NCBI GenBank assembly: GCA_964640155.1
Contig: CAZXEQ010000003.1
Location: 194,189 to 226,188, forward strand
Direction: 5' to 3'
DNA: 32,000 nt
Source: an uncultured bacterium
Lineage (GTDB): Bacteria; Auribacterota; JACPWU01
The translations under genes were made by a program, and so were the position numbers. Positions 8,268 through 17,136 of this stretch are shown here, piece by piece (the stretch's first letter is position 1; each line of letters opens with the position of its first letter). The notes beneath the pieces are model-generated. The model was not told the origin of the DNA and made no database searches. It saw nothing but the letters and a program-made list of their open reading frames with translations.

Positions 8268-9452
8268 ATGCATGAAATTATAAAATCACTCGATCAGGTT
8301 TTACTTCAAGGGTTGCAGAAGGTTTTGGGCATACCTCATCAATTAATATCTCTGCATGAACCTGAGTTTCTGGGAAACGAAAATGATTTGGTTCAAGAAT
8401 GTTTAAATTCTACGTTTGTTTCATCAGTTGGCAAATATGTTGAACAATTTGAAAATATGTTGGTGGAGTACACAGGCTCAAAGTATGCGGTGGCGGTGGT
8501 CAATGGCACATCAGCTTTGCATATGGGACTTAGGCTGGTAGGCGTAAAACCCGAAGAAGAGGTGCTTATCCCAACGCTATGTTTTGTAGCAACTGCAAAT
8601 GCAGTTGCTCATTGTGGTGCTGTTCCCCATTTCGTGGATAGTAATTTGGTTACAATGGGAATGGATCCTATCATGCTTGCTGAACATTTGGTTAAAACGG
8701 CAGAAGTAACTACTGAGGGGGTGCGCAATCGGAAGACAGGTCGCCGTATTGCTGCGATAGTCCCCATGCATACTTATGGCCATCCCGTAGACATGGTATC
8801 TTTAATGGACGTTGCAAACCGGTATGATTTACCTGTGGTGGAAGATGCTGCTGAATCGTTAGGCAGCTCCTATCAGGGTCAGCACACAGGCACCTTTGGA
8901 AAATTGGGTATTCTGAGTTTCAATGGCAACAAGATTATTACTACGGGTGGAGGAGGAGCTATTTTAACGAACGATGTTGAAATTGCGCTGCATGCCAAGC
9001 ATTTGACAACGACGGCTAAGCGTCCTCACCGTTGGGAATTTTTTCATGATGAGATTTCGTGGAATTATCGCTTGCCAAATTTAAATGCGGCTCTTGGTTG
9101 TGCACAGATGGAGCAATTGCCAAATTTTTTAACAAGAAAAAGAAAGCTTGCGAGTCAGTATCAGAAAGCATTTTTAAATATTGATGGGATTCGTTTTATG
9201 TTCGAACCCGAAAATTCTTGTAGCAATTACTGGCTTAATACGGTTTGTCTTGAAGCATTGGATTTGATGCTTCGGGATCAGATTTTGCTAGTAGCTAATG
9301 AAGCGGGTTATCAATGCCGTCCTACATGGACGCTTTTGCATAAATTACCCATGTTTGTTCAGTGTCCACGTGCATCATTAACAATCGCTGAGAAATTAGA
9401 GACAAGCTTAATCAACTTGCCAAGCAGTGCAAAACTAGCAAACTCTTTATGA
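8268..9452 (+). CDS. DegT/DnrJ/EryC1/StrS-family PLP aminotransferase (LegC-like sugar-nucleotide 4-aminotransferase)
   Basis: 394 aa. Family blocks NGTSALHMGL, VEDAAESLGS and the PLP-lysine block SFNGNKIITTGGGGAI. Sits directly upstream of the neuC/neuB-like genes. Confidence 0.85.
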   Translation: MHEIIKSLDQVLLQGLQKVLGIPHQLISLHEPEFLGNENDLVQECLNSTFVSSVGKYVEQFENMLVEYTGSKYAVAVVNGTSALHMGLRLVGVKPEEEVLIPTLCFVATANAVAHCGAVPHFVDSNLVTMGMDPIMLAEHLVKTAEVTTEGVRNRKTGRRIAAIVPMHTYGHPVDMVSLMDVANRYDLPVVEDAAESLGSSYQGQHTGTFGKLGILSFNGNKIITTGGGGAILTNDVEIALHAKHLTTTAKRPHRWEFFHDEISWNYRLPNLNAALGCAQMEQLPNFLTRKRKLASQYQKAFLNIDGIRFMFEPENSCSNYWLNTVCLEALDLMLRDQILLVANEAGYQCRPTWTLLHKLPMFVQCPRASLTIAEKLETSLINLPSSAKLANSL

Positions 9453-10615
9453 AAAAAAGAAAAATCTGTGTCGTTACAGGTAGTAGAGCAGAATATGGGC
9501 TTCTTTGCCGATTGATAAAAGAAATTCAATTGGATGAAGATTTGCAGCTACAGATTATCGCAACAGGAATGCATTTATCACCAGAGTTCGGATTAACCTA
9601 TCAACAAATTGAATTAGATGGTTTTAAAATAGATGCCAAAGTTGACATGTTGCTTTCATCGGATTCTCCTATTGGAATTAGCAAATCAATTGGAGTGGGT
9701 GTAATCGGCTTTGCAGATACATTAGAAAGGCTTAAGCCGGATATTATGGTCGTGTTAGGGGATCGTTTTGAAATTTTGGCAGCTGTCCAGGCTGCGATGG
9801 TTGCAAGAATTCCTGTTGCACATATTCATGGTGGAGAAAGCAGTGAGGGTGCCATTGATGAGAATATTCGCCATGCCATTACAAAAATGGCTCAGTGGCA
9901 TTTTGCTGCAGCGGAGGCTTACCGTAAACGTGTTATTCAGTTAGGAGAATCACCGGATCGCGTTTTTAATGTGGGCGCCCCTGGACTCGATTATCTAGAA
10001 GATATTCATTGGCTTGATAAAACTGTTTTGGAAAAAGAACTTGGGATTACTCTGAATTCTCCAACATTTTTGGTGACGTATCATCCAGAAACTTTAGGAT
10101 TGAAAGCACCTCTTGAAGGGATGAATGAATTACTTGGGGCACTTGATGAACTTCCTGATGCTACAGTCATCTTCACTTATCCCAATGCCGATACGGGCGG
10201 GCGTATTTTGATTGAAAAAATAAACCAATGGGTTTCATTAAATAAAAATCGTGCCAAGGCATTTGTTTCACTCGGCCAGAAAAGATATTTAAGTTTGCTT
10301 AAGGCGGTTGATGTAATGATCGGAAACTCTTCGAGTGGGCTCATTGAAGCGCCTGTCCTTAAAAAAGCAACGGTCAATGTGGGGGATCGTCAAAAAGGCC
10401 GGCTCAAAGCCGCGTCTGTTGTTGATGTAGCTAATGACAGAAGTGCAATTGTTAACGCTGTCAAAAAGGTCCTTTCAGAGAAATTTCGCAAAGAACTTCC
10501 CCTTACGAAGTCACACTATGGCTCAGGGAGTGCTAGCTGTAAAATTAAAAATATTCTTAAGACAATTCGACTTGAAACTCAAAAATGTTTTTTTGATATT
10601 CAACATGCAAACTAA
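9449..10615 (+). CDS. neuC: Hydrolysing NDP-sugar 2-epimerase (NeuC/LegG family)
   Basis: 388 aa. KICVVTGSRAEYGLL, VLGDRFE and HIHGGE blocks are typical of NeuC-type hydrolysing 2-epimerases. The start forms an ATGA overlap with the upstream stop. Confidence 0.85.
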   Translation: MKKRKICVVTGSRAEYGLLCRLIKEIQLDEDLQLQIIATGMHLSPEFGLTYQQIELDGFKIDAKVDMLLSSDSPIGISKSIGVGVIGFADTLERLKPDIMVVLGDRFEILAAVQAAMVARIPVAHIHGGESSEGAIDENIRHAITKMAQWHFAAAEAYRKRVIQLGESPDRVFNVGAPGLDYLEDIHWLDKTVLEKELGITLNSPTFLVTYHPETLGLKAPLEGMNELLGALDELPDATVIFTYPNADTGGRILIEKINQWVSLNKNRAKAFVSLGQKRYLSLLKAVDVMIGNSSSGLIEAPVLKKATVNVGDRQKGRLKAASVVDVANDRSAIVNAVKKVLSEKFRKELPLTKSHYGSGSASCKIKNILKTIRLETQKCFFDIQHAN

Positions 10616-11693
10616 AAATAAAGTTTTCATCATTGCTGAAGCAGGCGTGAATCATAATGGTGATATCAATCTGGCTAAGCAATTAATTGATATTGCGGCT
10701 GATGCTCAGGCAGATGCTGTGAAATTTCAGACTTTTTGCGCTGATCAAATGGTTAGTAGGCATGCCCCTAAGGCTCAATATCAGACTCGTGCAAATGAGC
10801 AGAACGAAAGTCAGCTAGAAATGCTTCGTAAGCTGGAACTGTCTCAAGCAAATCATGAGTTTCTGATTAAATATGCCCAGAAGTGCGAAATTAAATTTCT
10901 CTCTACTCCTTTTGATTTCTCTAGTTTAAATCTGCTTACAAAATATTTCGGTTTAGATATTATTAAAATCTCCTCAGGAGAAATGACTAATGCTCCTTTC
11001 TTACTTGCTATTGCTCGCTCTGCAAAACAGATTATTTTTTCTACGGGCATGAGTACACTCGAGGAAGTTGAAGCTGCTTTAGGGGTTTTGGCATTTGGAT
11101 TTACTGCACCGGTTAATGCGGTTCCAGAGGGTGAAGACTTTGAAAGAGCATTTACCTCTGAGAAAGGGAAAAAGATGTTGCATGATAGAGTCACTTTACT
11201 TCATTGCACCAGCGAATATCCTGCTCCTTTTGAAGAAGTTAATTTACGTGCTATGGATACGATGTCTACCACCTTTGGAGTATCAGTAGGATATTCTGAT
11301 CACACACGAGGCATTCATGTTTCTCTTGCTGCGGTGGCTCGCGGCGCGAGAGCGATTGAGAAGCATTTTACAATGGATCGTAATCTTCCTGGACCAGATC
11401 ATCAAAGTTCCTTAGAACCTAATGAATTAAAAGAATTGGTTCGACAAATTAGAGATATTGAGAAAGCACTAGGAGATGGAATTAAGCATCCAACTTTATC
11501 TGAAATGAAGAACCGAAATATTGCTCGCAAGAGTTTGGTTGCGCTAAAAAAAATTAAGGCAGGAGAAGTTTTTACTGAAGCGAATCTGAGTTTTAAGCGC
11601 CCAGGAACAGGCATAAGCCCCTTTAAATATTGGCAGACACTGGGTCAACGTGCAATACGAGATGTTGAGATAGATGAGGTGTTAGATGACTAG
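10605..11693 (+). CDS. neuB: Nonulosonic acid synthase (NeuB/LegI family, PEP-condensing) with C-terminal SAF domain
   Basis: FIIAEAGVNHNGD and KFQT blocks, plus a SAF-type C-terminus (IKAGEVFTEANLSFKRPGTGISP). The tracked ORF opens at 10434 inside neuC. The in-frame ATG 10605 (MQTKNKVFIIAEAG) gives the canonical N-terminus. Confidence 0.9.
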   Translation: MQTKNKVFIIAEAGVNHNGDINLAKQLIDIAADAQADAVKFQTFCADQMVSRHAPKAQYQTRANEQNESQLEMLRKLELSQANHEFLIKYAQKCEIKFLSTPFDFSSLNLLTKYFGLDIIKISSGEMTNAPFLLAIARSAKQIIFSTGMSTLEEVEAALGVLAFGFTAPVNAVPEGEDFERAFTSEKGKKMLHDRVTLLHCTSEYPAPFEEVNLRAMDTMSTTFGVSVGYSDHTRGIHVSLAAVARGARAIEKHFTMDRNLPGPDHQSSLEPNELKELVRQIRDIEKALGDGIKHPTLSEMKNRNIARKSLVALKKIKAGEVFTEANLSFKRPGTGISPFKYWQTLGQRAIRDVEIDEVLDD

Positions 11694-12333
11694 AAAGATT
11701 TACTTGTTGGGTGGCGGCGGACATGGTCGCGTGGTTTTAGGTGCATTATTAGCGAGTCAATTACAAGTCTCTGGCATTCTTGATCCGAAATTTGAATTGG
11801 GACATCAGATATTTGGTGTGAGTATTTTAGGAGGAAATGAGTTCTTAGAAAGTCTTTCACAGCAAGATGTTATTTTGCTCAATGGTCTTGGCGCAAACCC
11901 TGATACTAAAAACAGAAAAAAAATTTTTAAACTAATGCAATTAAAAGGGTTTCAATTCATTTCTGTTCAGCATCCTTCATCGGTGATCGGACAAGATTGT
12001 GAGTTAGGTGAAGGGACTCAAATCATGGCTGGGGTTGTGGTTCAAAACCAAGTGAAAATGGGAGATAATTCTGTCATCAATACACATGCTAGTATTGATC
12101 ACGATTGCATAATTGATGCACATGTTTTTATTTCCCCAGGTGTTGTCTTGTGTGGAAATGTAGCAGTGGGGGATTCAGCTTTTATTGGTGCTGGTGCCAT
12201 TGTATTGCCAGGAATTCAGATTGGTTCTAGTGCTATAGTTGGTGCTGGTGCTGTTGTAACCAAATCAGTTCCTGAAAGATGGATCGTTGCGGGTAATCCA
12301 GCAAAAAAAATAGGAGTAAGAAATCATGGCTAA
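11686..12333 (+). CDS. NeuD/PglD/LegH-family hexapeptide-repeat N-acetyltransferase
   Basis: 215 aa. N-terminal GGGGHGRVV nucleotide-binding-like segment, then left-handed beta-helix hexapeptide repeats (GDSAFIGAGAIVLPGIQIGSSAIVGAGAVV). Confidence 0.85.
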   Translation: MTRKIYLLGGGGHGRVVLGALLASQLQVSGILDPKFELGHQIFGVSILGGNEFLESLSQQDVILLNGLGANPDTKNRKKIFKLMQLKGFQFISVQHPSSVIGQDCELGEGTQIMAGVVVQNQVKMGDNSVINTHASIDHDCIIDAHVFISPGVVLCGNVAVGDSAFIGAGAIVLPGIQIGSSAIVGAGAVVTKSVPERWIVAGNPAKKIGVRNHG

Positions 12334-13375
12334 TTGGAAAGATGTTATTATTTCTCCTGAAACATCGCTTAATGATGCGATTGCCAAGATCGATGCTTCT
12401 GGTTTGCAGGTGGCGCTGGTTTTAGATACTGACAATACTTTGCTGGGTATATTGACGGATGGGGACATTCGACGTGCTATTCTCATGGGAAAAAATCTTC
12501 AGATTTCTGTATCATTGGTTATGAATCCCCATGCTATTTCACTTCCTTCCTCGGTGTCACGTGATCAGATGCTAGCACTGATGAAGAAAAAAGTTATTCA
12601 TCATCTTCCTCTGGTCGATGAAGCAGGTCGGATGGTGGATTTAATCACTCTTAACGAACTTATCGGAGCCGTCGAACGTTCTAATTGGGTTGTGTTAATG
12701 GCCGGAGGGTTGGGAGAGCGTTTACAGCCGCTCACAAATGGATGTCCTAAGCCTCTTTTAACGGTGGGAGATAAACCCATTCTGGAAAATATCTTAGAGA
12801 GTTTTGCCGGACAGGGATTCAAACGTATTTTTTTATCGGTCAACTATAAGGCAGACATGATTCGTAATCACTTTGGTTTGGGAGATCGCTGGGGAGTGCA
12901 GGTAGACTATTTACATGAAAACACACGACGAGGTACTGCTGGTGCATTATCCCTTCTTCCTGAAAAACCGACAGAACCTATTGTTGTGGTGAATGGAGAT
13001 CTAATTACCCGTGCCAACTATGACAATCTTTTGCAGTTTCACAATGCTCATGGGGCTGTTGCAACCATGGCTGTGCGTCAATATGATTTTCAGGTTCCTT
13101 ATGGTGTTGTCCGTCTTGATGGTATGTGTATTAAAGCAATTGACGAAAAATTGGTTCAAAAGTTTTATATTAATGCTGGTATTTATGTTTTATCTCCTGA
13201 AGCTCTAGATTATTTACCGAATGAATCTCTTATTGATATGCCAACATTATTTGAAAACATTATAGCTGCTGGTAAGAAAACAACAGCTTACCCCCTCCGA
13301 GAATATTGGGTGGATATCGGCAAGTTAGATGAGCTTGAGAGAGCGCAACGGGAGTGGACGGTAAACAATTTGTGA
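12326..13375 (+). CDS. CBS-domain-containing sugar-1-phosphate nucleotidyltransferase (PtmE-like)
   Basis: 349 aa. The N-terminal ~110 aa look like a CBS pair (GILTDGDIRRAIL, HHLPLVDEAGRMVDLIT). A nucleotidyltransferase signature VVLMAGGLGERLQPLTNGCPKPLL follows. C. jejuni PtmE of the GDP-linked legionaminic acid pathway has this architecture. Confidence 0.8.
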   Translation: MANWKDVIISPETSLNDAIAKIDASGLQVALVLDTDNTLLGILTDGDIRRAILMGKNLQISVSLVMNPHAISLPSSVSRDQMLALMKKKVIHHLPLVDEAGRMVDLITLNELIGAVERSNWVVLMAGGLGERLQPLTNGCPKPLLTVGDKPILENILESFAGQGFKRIFLSVNYKADMIRNHFGLGDRWGVQVDYLHENTRRGTAGALSLLPEKPTEPIVVVNGDLITRANYDNLLQFHNAHGAVATMAVRQYDFQVPYGVVRLDGMCIKAIDEKLVQKFYINAGIYVLSPEALDYLPNESLIDMPTLFENIIAAGKKTTAYPLREYWVDIGKLDELERAQREWTVNNL

Positions 13376-14286
13376 AAGCTTTGGTGATTGGTTATGGTTC
13401 TATTGGACAGCGCCACACAAGATTGTTGGCTAAATTAGGATGTCAAGTTGCTGTAATGAGCCGCCGCTCAATTAATTTCGCACCTCATTATTTTGATTTG
13501 ACTCAAGCATTAGTTGATTGGAATCCAGAGTATGTTGTAGTAGCAAATCGAACGAACGAACATTATCAAATAATTAAATCTTTGGCTAATGAGGGCTTTC
13601 AGGGGAGGATACTCGTTGAAAAACCTCTTTTCGAGCATCTGTCAAAAGTTCCTCAGCGTAACTTTTCTCTTGAAGCGGTCGCTTATAATTTGCGTTGTCA
13701 TCCATTACTAAAGAAATTGAAATCTTTATTGGATAATTCCGGGGAATTAGTTACAGCAAATATTTATGTTGGTTCATATTTACCTAGCTGGAGACCGAAT
13801 GTAGACTATCAACAGAGTTATTCGGCATGTAAAGATCAGGGTGGGGGGGTGCTAAGGGATCTTAGCCATGAAATTGATTATACTTTTTGGCTTTTTGGAT
13901 CATGGCATCGATTGACAGCAGCGGGGGGGAAATTAAGCCATTTAGAAATAGATAGCGATGATGCGCATACCTTACTTATGGAAACCCAACGTTGTCCTTT
14001 GGTTAGCATGCATTTAAATTATTTAGATCGTATTCCTCGAAGAGAAGTGGTCGTGAATACGAATCAGCATACCATTCGAGTGGATTTAATTAATAATACG
14101 ATTACAATCAATGGCGTTCAGGAGATGATAAAAGTTGATTTAGACGATACTTATCGCGCGGAGCATCAGGCTGTGTTGGCTGGGAATGCTAAAGAACTTT
14201 GTACATTTGATGAGGCTCTAGAAACGTTAAAGACTATTGAATCTGTAGAACGTGCTGCTACGTTGCATACTTGGATAGCAAGATGA
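13372..14286 (+). CDS. Gfo/Idh/MocA-type NAD(P) oxidoreductase (PtmF-like position)
   Basis: N-terminal Rossmann KALVIGYGSIGQRH and a family EKP block (ILVEKPLF). GTG 13372 gives a GTGA overlap with the upstream stop. The alternative start is GTG 13354 as tracked. Confidence 0.7.
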   Translation: MKALVIGYGSIGQRHTRLLAKLGCQVAVMSRRSINFAPHYFDLTQALVDWNPEYVVVANRTNEHYQIIKSLANEGFQGRILVEKPLFEHLSKVPQRNFSLEAVAYNLRCHPLLKKLKSLLDNSGELVTANIYVGSYLPSWRPNVDYQQSYSACKDQGGGVLRDLSHEIDYTFWLFGSWHRLTAAGGKLSHLEIDSDDAHTLLMETQRCPLVSMHLNYLDRIPRREVVVNTNQHTIRVDLINNTITINGVQEMIKVDLDDTYRAEHQAVLAGNAKELCTFDEALETLKTIESVERAATLHTWIAR

Positions 14287-14984
14287 GTCGCATATGTACA
14301 ATTTGTGCCAGAGGTGGTTCGAAAGGTGTTAAGAATAAAAATATCCGTGAAATATCTGGAAAGCCATTGATTTCCTATACAATCGAGCAAGCACAATTAA
14401 GTTGCTTTTTCGATTGTATTGCAGTGAGTAGTGATTCTCTCGATATTCTTGAAATCGCACGTAATTATCATGCTGATATTTTAATAGAACGCCCTGAGGA
14501 GTTGGCAACAGATACAGCAGCCAAAATACCTGTCATTCGACATTGTGTTAGAGGGGCGGAGCAGAGAAAGGGGAAACAATTTGATATTGTAGTGGATCTC
14601 GATGCAACGTCTCCTTTGCGCTCCATTGAAGATATCAAAGGAGCTGTTGAGTTGCTTGAACGCGAGAAAGTTTCAAATGTGATTACTGCTTCTCCAGCAC
14701 AACGGTCTCCTTATTTTAATCTGGTGGAGTTAGAGCAGAATGGTGTGGTAAGACTTTCAAAACCCCTTAAAAAACCCGTTTTACGTCGGCAAGATTCTCC
14801 AAAGTGCTATGACATGAATGCATCCATTTATGTTTGGCAACGAGCAGCTTTGTTCGAAAGTGATACAGTATTTAATGAGGATACGCGGTTGTTTGTAATG
14901 CCTGAGGAACGCTCTAAAGATATTGACAGTGAATTGGATTTTGAGATTGTTGAATTCTTAATGAAGAAGCGGAACAATTTATGA
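14283..14984 (+). CDS. neuA: CMP-nonulosonic acid synthetase (NeuA/LegF-family cytidylyltransferase)
   Basis: ICTICARGGSKGVKNKNI matches the acylneuraminate cytidylyltransferase P-loop-like motif, and DATSPLR is also present. ATG 14283 forms an ATGA overlap with the upstream stop. The tracked start at 14271 is a TTG. Confidence 0.85.
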   Translation: MSRICTICARGGSKGVKNKNIREISGKPLISYTIEQAQLSCFFDCIAVSSDSLDILEIARNYHADILIERPEELATDTAAKIPVIRHCVRGAEQRKGKQFDIVVDLDATSPLRSIEDIKGAVELLEREKVSNVITASPAQRSPYFNLVELEQNGVVRLSKPLKKPVLRRQDSPKCYDMNASIYVWQRAALFESDTVFNEDTRLFVMPEERSKDIDSELDFEIVEFLMKKRNNL

Positions 14985-15808
14985 GAGAGATATCTTATCG
15001 CAGTATGTTCGACTTGTCTGGCAAAGTTGCCTTGGTCACAGGGGGGGCAGGTATTCTTGGTCAGCATTTTTGTTGTGGCCTTGCAGAGTCCGGAGCTGTT
15101 GTTGCTGTTGTCGATATAAAGGCAGAGGCAGCTTTCGAAGTTGCGCAGATGCTTTCCCATCGCTACAAGCGACGAGCGATAGGTGTAGCTTGCGATGTTT
15201 CTGATTCTCAATCTGTTCAAACTGCGGTTAAACGAGTAGTTAATGAACTAGGTGAAATCAATATTCTTCATAATAATGCTGCAGGAAAATCAGATGATCT
15301 TGATGCCTTCTTTGCTCCGTTTGAGAAATATAGCTTGGATCAATGGCGTAAAATTATGGCTGTAAATTTAGACGGAATGTTTCTGGTTGCACAGGAAGTT
15401 GGTAAACAAATGATTACTCAGGGTAAAGGGGGTAGTATCATTCAGACAGCTTCTATTTATGGAAATATGGCGCCGGACCATCGCATATACGAAGATTCTA
15501 AGTGCTTAGGTTATCAAATTAATACTCCAGCTGTTTACAGTGCCTCCAAAGCGGGTGTGATAGGCTTGACCAAGTATCTAGCTACGTATTGGGTTAATAA
15601 AGGAATTCGAGTCAACACTTTAACGCCAGGAGGTGTAGAGAGTGGTCAAAATGAAGAATTTACTCACCGTTACTCAGAGCGTGTTCCTATGAATCGCATG
15701 GCTCAGGCCCATGAAATGGTAGGAGCTTTACTATATTTAGCATCAGATGCATCAAGCTATGTAACTGGTCAGAATATTATGATCGATGGAGGTCTTAGTG
15801 CTTGGTGA
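14981..15808 (+). CDS. Classical short-chain dehydrogenase/reductase (PtmA-like position)
   Basis: 275 aa. TGGAGILG cofactor motif, NNAA, and catalytic YSASKAGVIGLTK (YxxxK). The start forms an ATGA overlap. Confidence 0.85.
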   Translation: MREISYRSMFDLSGKVALVTGGAGILGQHFCCGLAESGAVVAVVDIKAEAAFEVAQMLSHRYKRRAIGVACDVSDSQSVQTAVKRVVNELGEINILHNNAAGKSDDLDAFFAPFEKYSLDQWRKIMAVNLDGMFLVAQEVGKQMITQGKGGSIIQTASIYGNMAPDHRIYEDSKCLGYQINTPAVYSASKAGVIGLTKYLATYWVNKGIRVNTLTPGGVESGQNEEFTHRYSERVPMNRMAQAHEMVGALLYLASDASSYVTGQNIMIDGGLSAW

Positions 15809-15836
15809 ATCTACAAATGCAGGATGAGCTTAGCAA

Positions 15837-17120
15837 TTGTTGATCTATATCATAAATAAACTAAATTCCCTTAAGATTTTTCCCTATCTGATTGTATCGC
15901 CATTGCCCTATGCAATTGGGACTGCATCTGAAGAAATATATTTTGCTGTTTTGAGATCATCAGTTACAAATAAGAAATTAATTTTGTTTTGCCCCATGAA
16001 GTTTACTGAAGTTTTGAGTTATCATCGATGTAATTTAATGTTGTTCAAGATTACCTTTAAGGGACAATATCAACCTTTTGTTGGAGTTAAGATTGTTTTA
16101 GGATTTGTAATTTCTCTTGAGTTTTTCTTTCGTCGGACCATTTCATTATTATTAAGAAAAGTATTTAAATTTCAAACTTCTGAAAGCTGGAGATTTCCTA
16201 GATTAGGAATAAAAGAGATTTATTATACTGGTATTCCTACGGACAGAAAAGAAATAGGGGATTGTTGCTTTGAGAAACTGCCATCCAAATCCTTTAATAT
16301 ATCTATACCTAGCTTTACTGAACAGAAATGTGCAGATAAATTAAGACATTTTGGTTTAGACTCAGGTCAAAAATATGTTTGCCTGCATGTTAGAGAGTCA
16401 GGGTATAGAAGTGACAAAGGTAGGCGTGAATATAGAAACGCTGAAATAAAAAATTATGTAGATGGTGTTTCCAAGCTTATTAATGATGGATATTTGATAT
16501 TTAGATTGGGAGATGATTCGATGACTCCATTCCCCGTTAAGATAAAAGGTTTAATTGACTATCCATTTATGGCTTTGAAATCTGATGAAATGGATCTTTA
16601 TTTGTTAAAGAATTGTGATTTTTTCATAGGCATGCAATCAGGATTACTCGATACAGCTTGGCTTTTTCAAAAGCCAGTTCTTATTACAAACATGTATAAC
16701 GCCTTTACAACATTTCCACGCAATATAGAAGATAGGGGCATCTTTAAACATGTTAAACTTAAAGGTACAAATAATTTTTTTTCTTTAAGAGAATGGTTTC
16801 AGCAATCATGGTCTGCACATAGTTATTCACGTGAAATCTCGGAGTATGAATTTATTGAAAATTCTACAGAAGAAATTTATGATGCCATTAATGAATTTAT
16901 TTTGATTCAAACTAAACGGTTGGATTCCAGTCCGAATGAATTGCAGAAAAAGTTTAATCATCTTTTGAAAGAGACTTTGCGTAATCATATTTTAAAAAAG
17001 AAAACGAGTGCCATAGATACGTTTTCCAACTTGCCAAACTTGCAAAAGGTGAGAATGGGTAGAATGATTATGAGCTCACAAGGTGCTATCTCTGCCAGCT
17101 TTTTGGGAGAAAATTTTTGA
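15837..17120 (+). CDS. Uncharacterised putative transferase, paralogue of 5197-6456
   Basis: 427 aa. Shares the conserved blocks listed for 5197-6456 (YVCLHVRESGY, YRNAEIKNY, GYLIFRLGDD, IDYP, EMDLYL, CDFFIG, ENSTEEI). The start is uncertain: TTG 15837 is the only upstream in-frame start that keeps the conserved N-terminal block. Confidence 0.5.
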   Translation: MLIYIINKLNSLKIFPYLIVSPLPYAIGTASEEIYFAVLRSSVTNKKLILFCPMKFTEVLSYHRCNLMLFKITFKGQYQPFVGVKIVLGFVISLEFFFRRTISLLLRKVFKFQTSESWRFPRLGIKEIYYTGIPTDRKEIGDCCFEKLPSKSFNISIPSFTEQKCADKLRHFGLDSGQKYVCLHVRESGYRSDKGRREYRNAEIKNYVDGVSKLINDGYLIFRLGDDSMTPFPVKIKGLIDYPFMALKSDEMDLYLLKNCDFFIGMQSGLLDTAWLFQKPVLITNMYNAFTTFPRNIEDRGIFKHVKLKGTNNFFSLREWFQQSWSAHSYSREISEYEFIENSTEEIYDAINEFILIQTKRLDSSPNELQKKFNHLLKETLRNHILKKKTSAIDTFSNLPNLQKVRMGRMIMSSQGAISASFLGENF

Positions 17121-17136
17121 ATGAGTTTGGATATTA

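Noticed and set aside
10434-10604. The long N-terminal extension of the NeuB-like ORF in the ORF track (start at 10434).
   Set aside because: The extension lies entirely inside the 3' end of the NeuC-like gene in another frame and has no NeuB-like sequence. The in-frame ATG 10605 gives the canonical MxxKxxFIIAEAGVNHNGD N-terminus.
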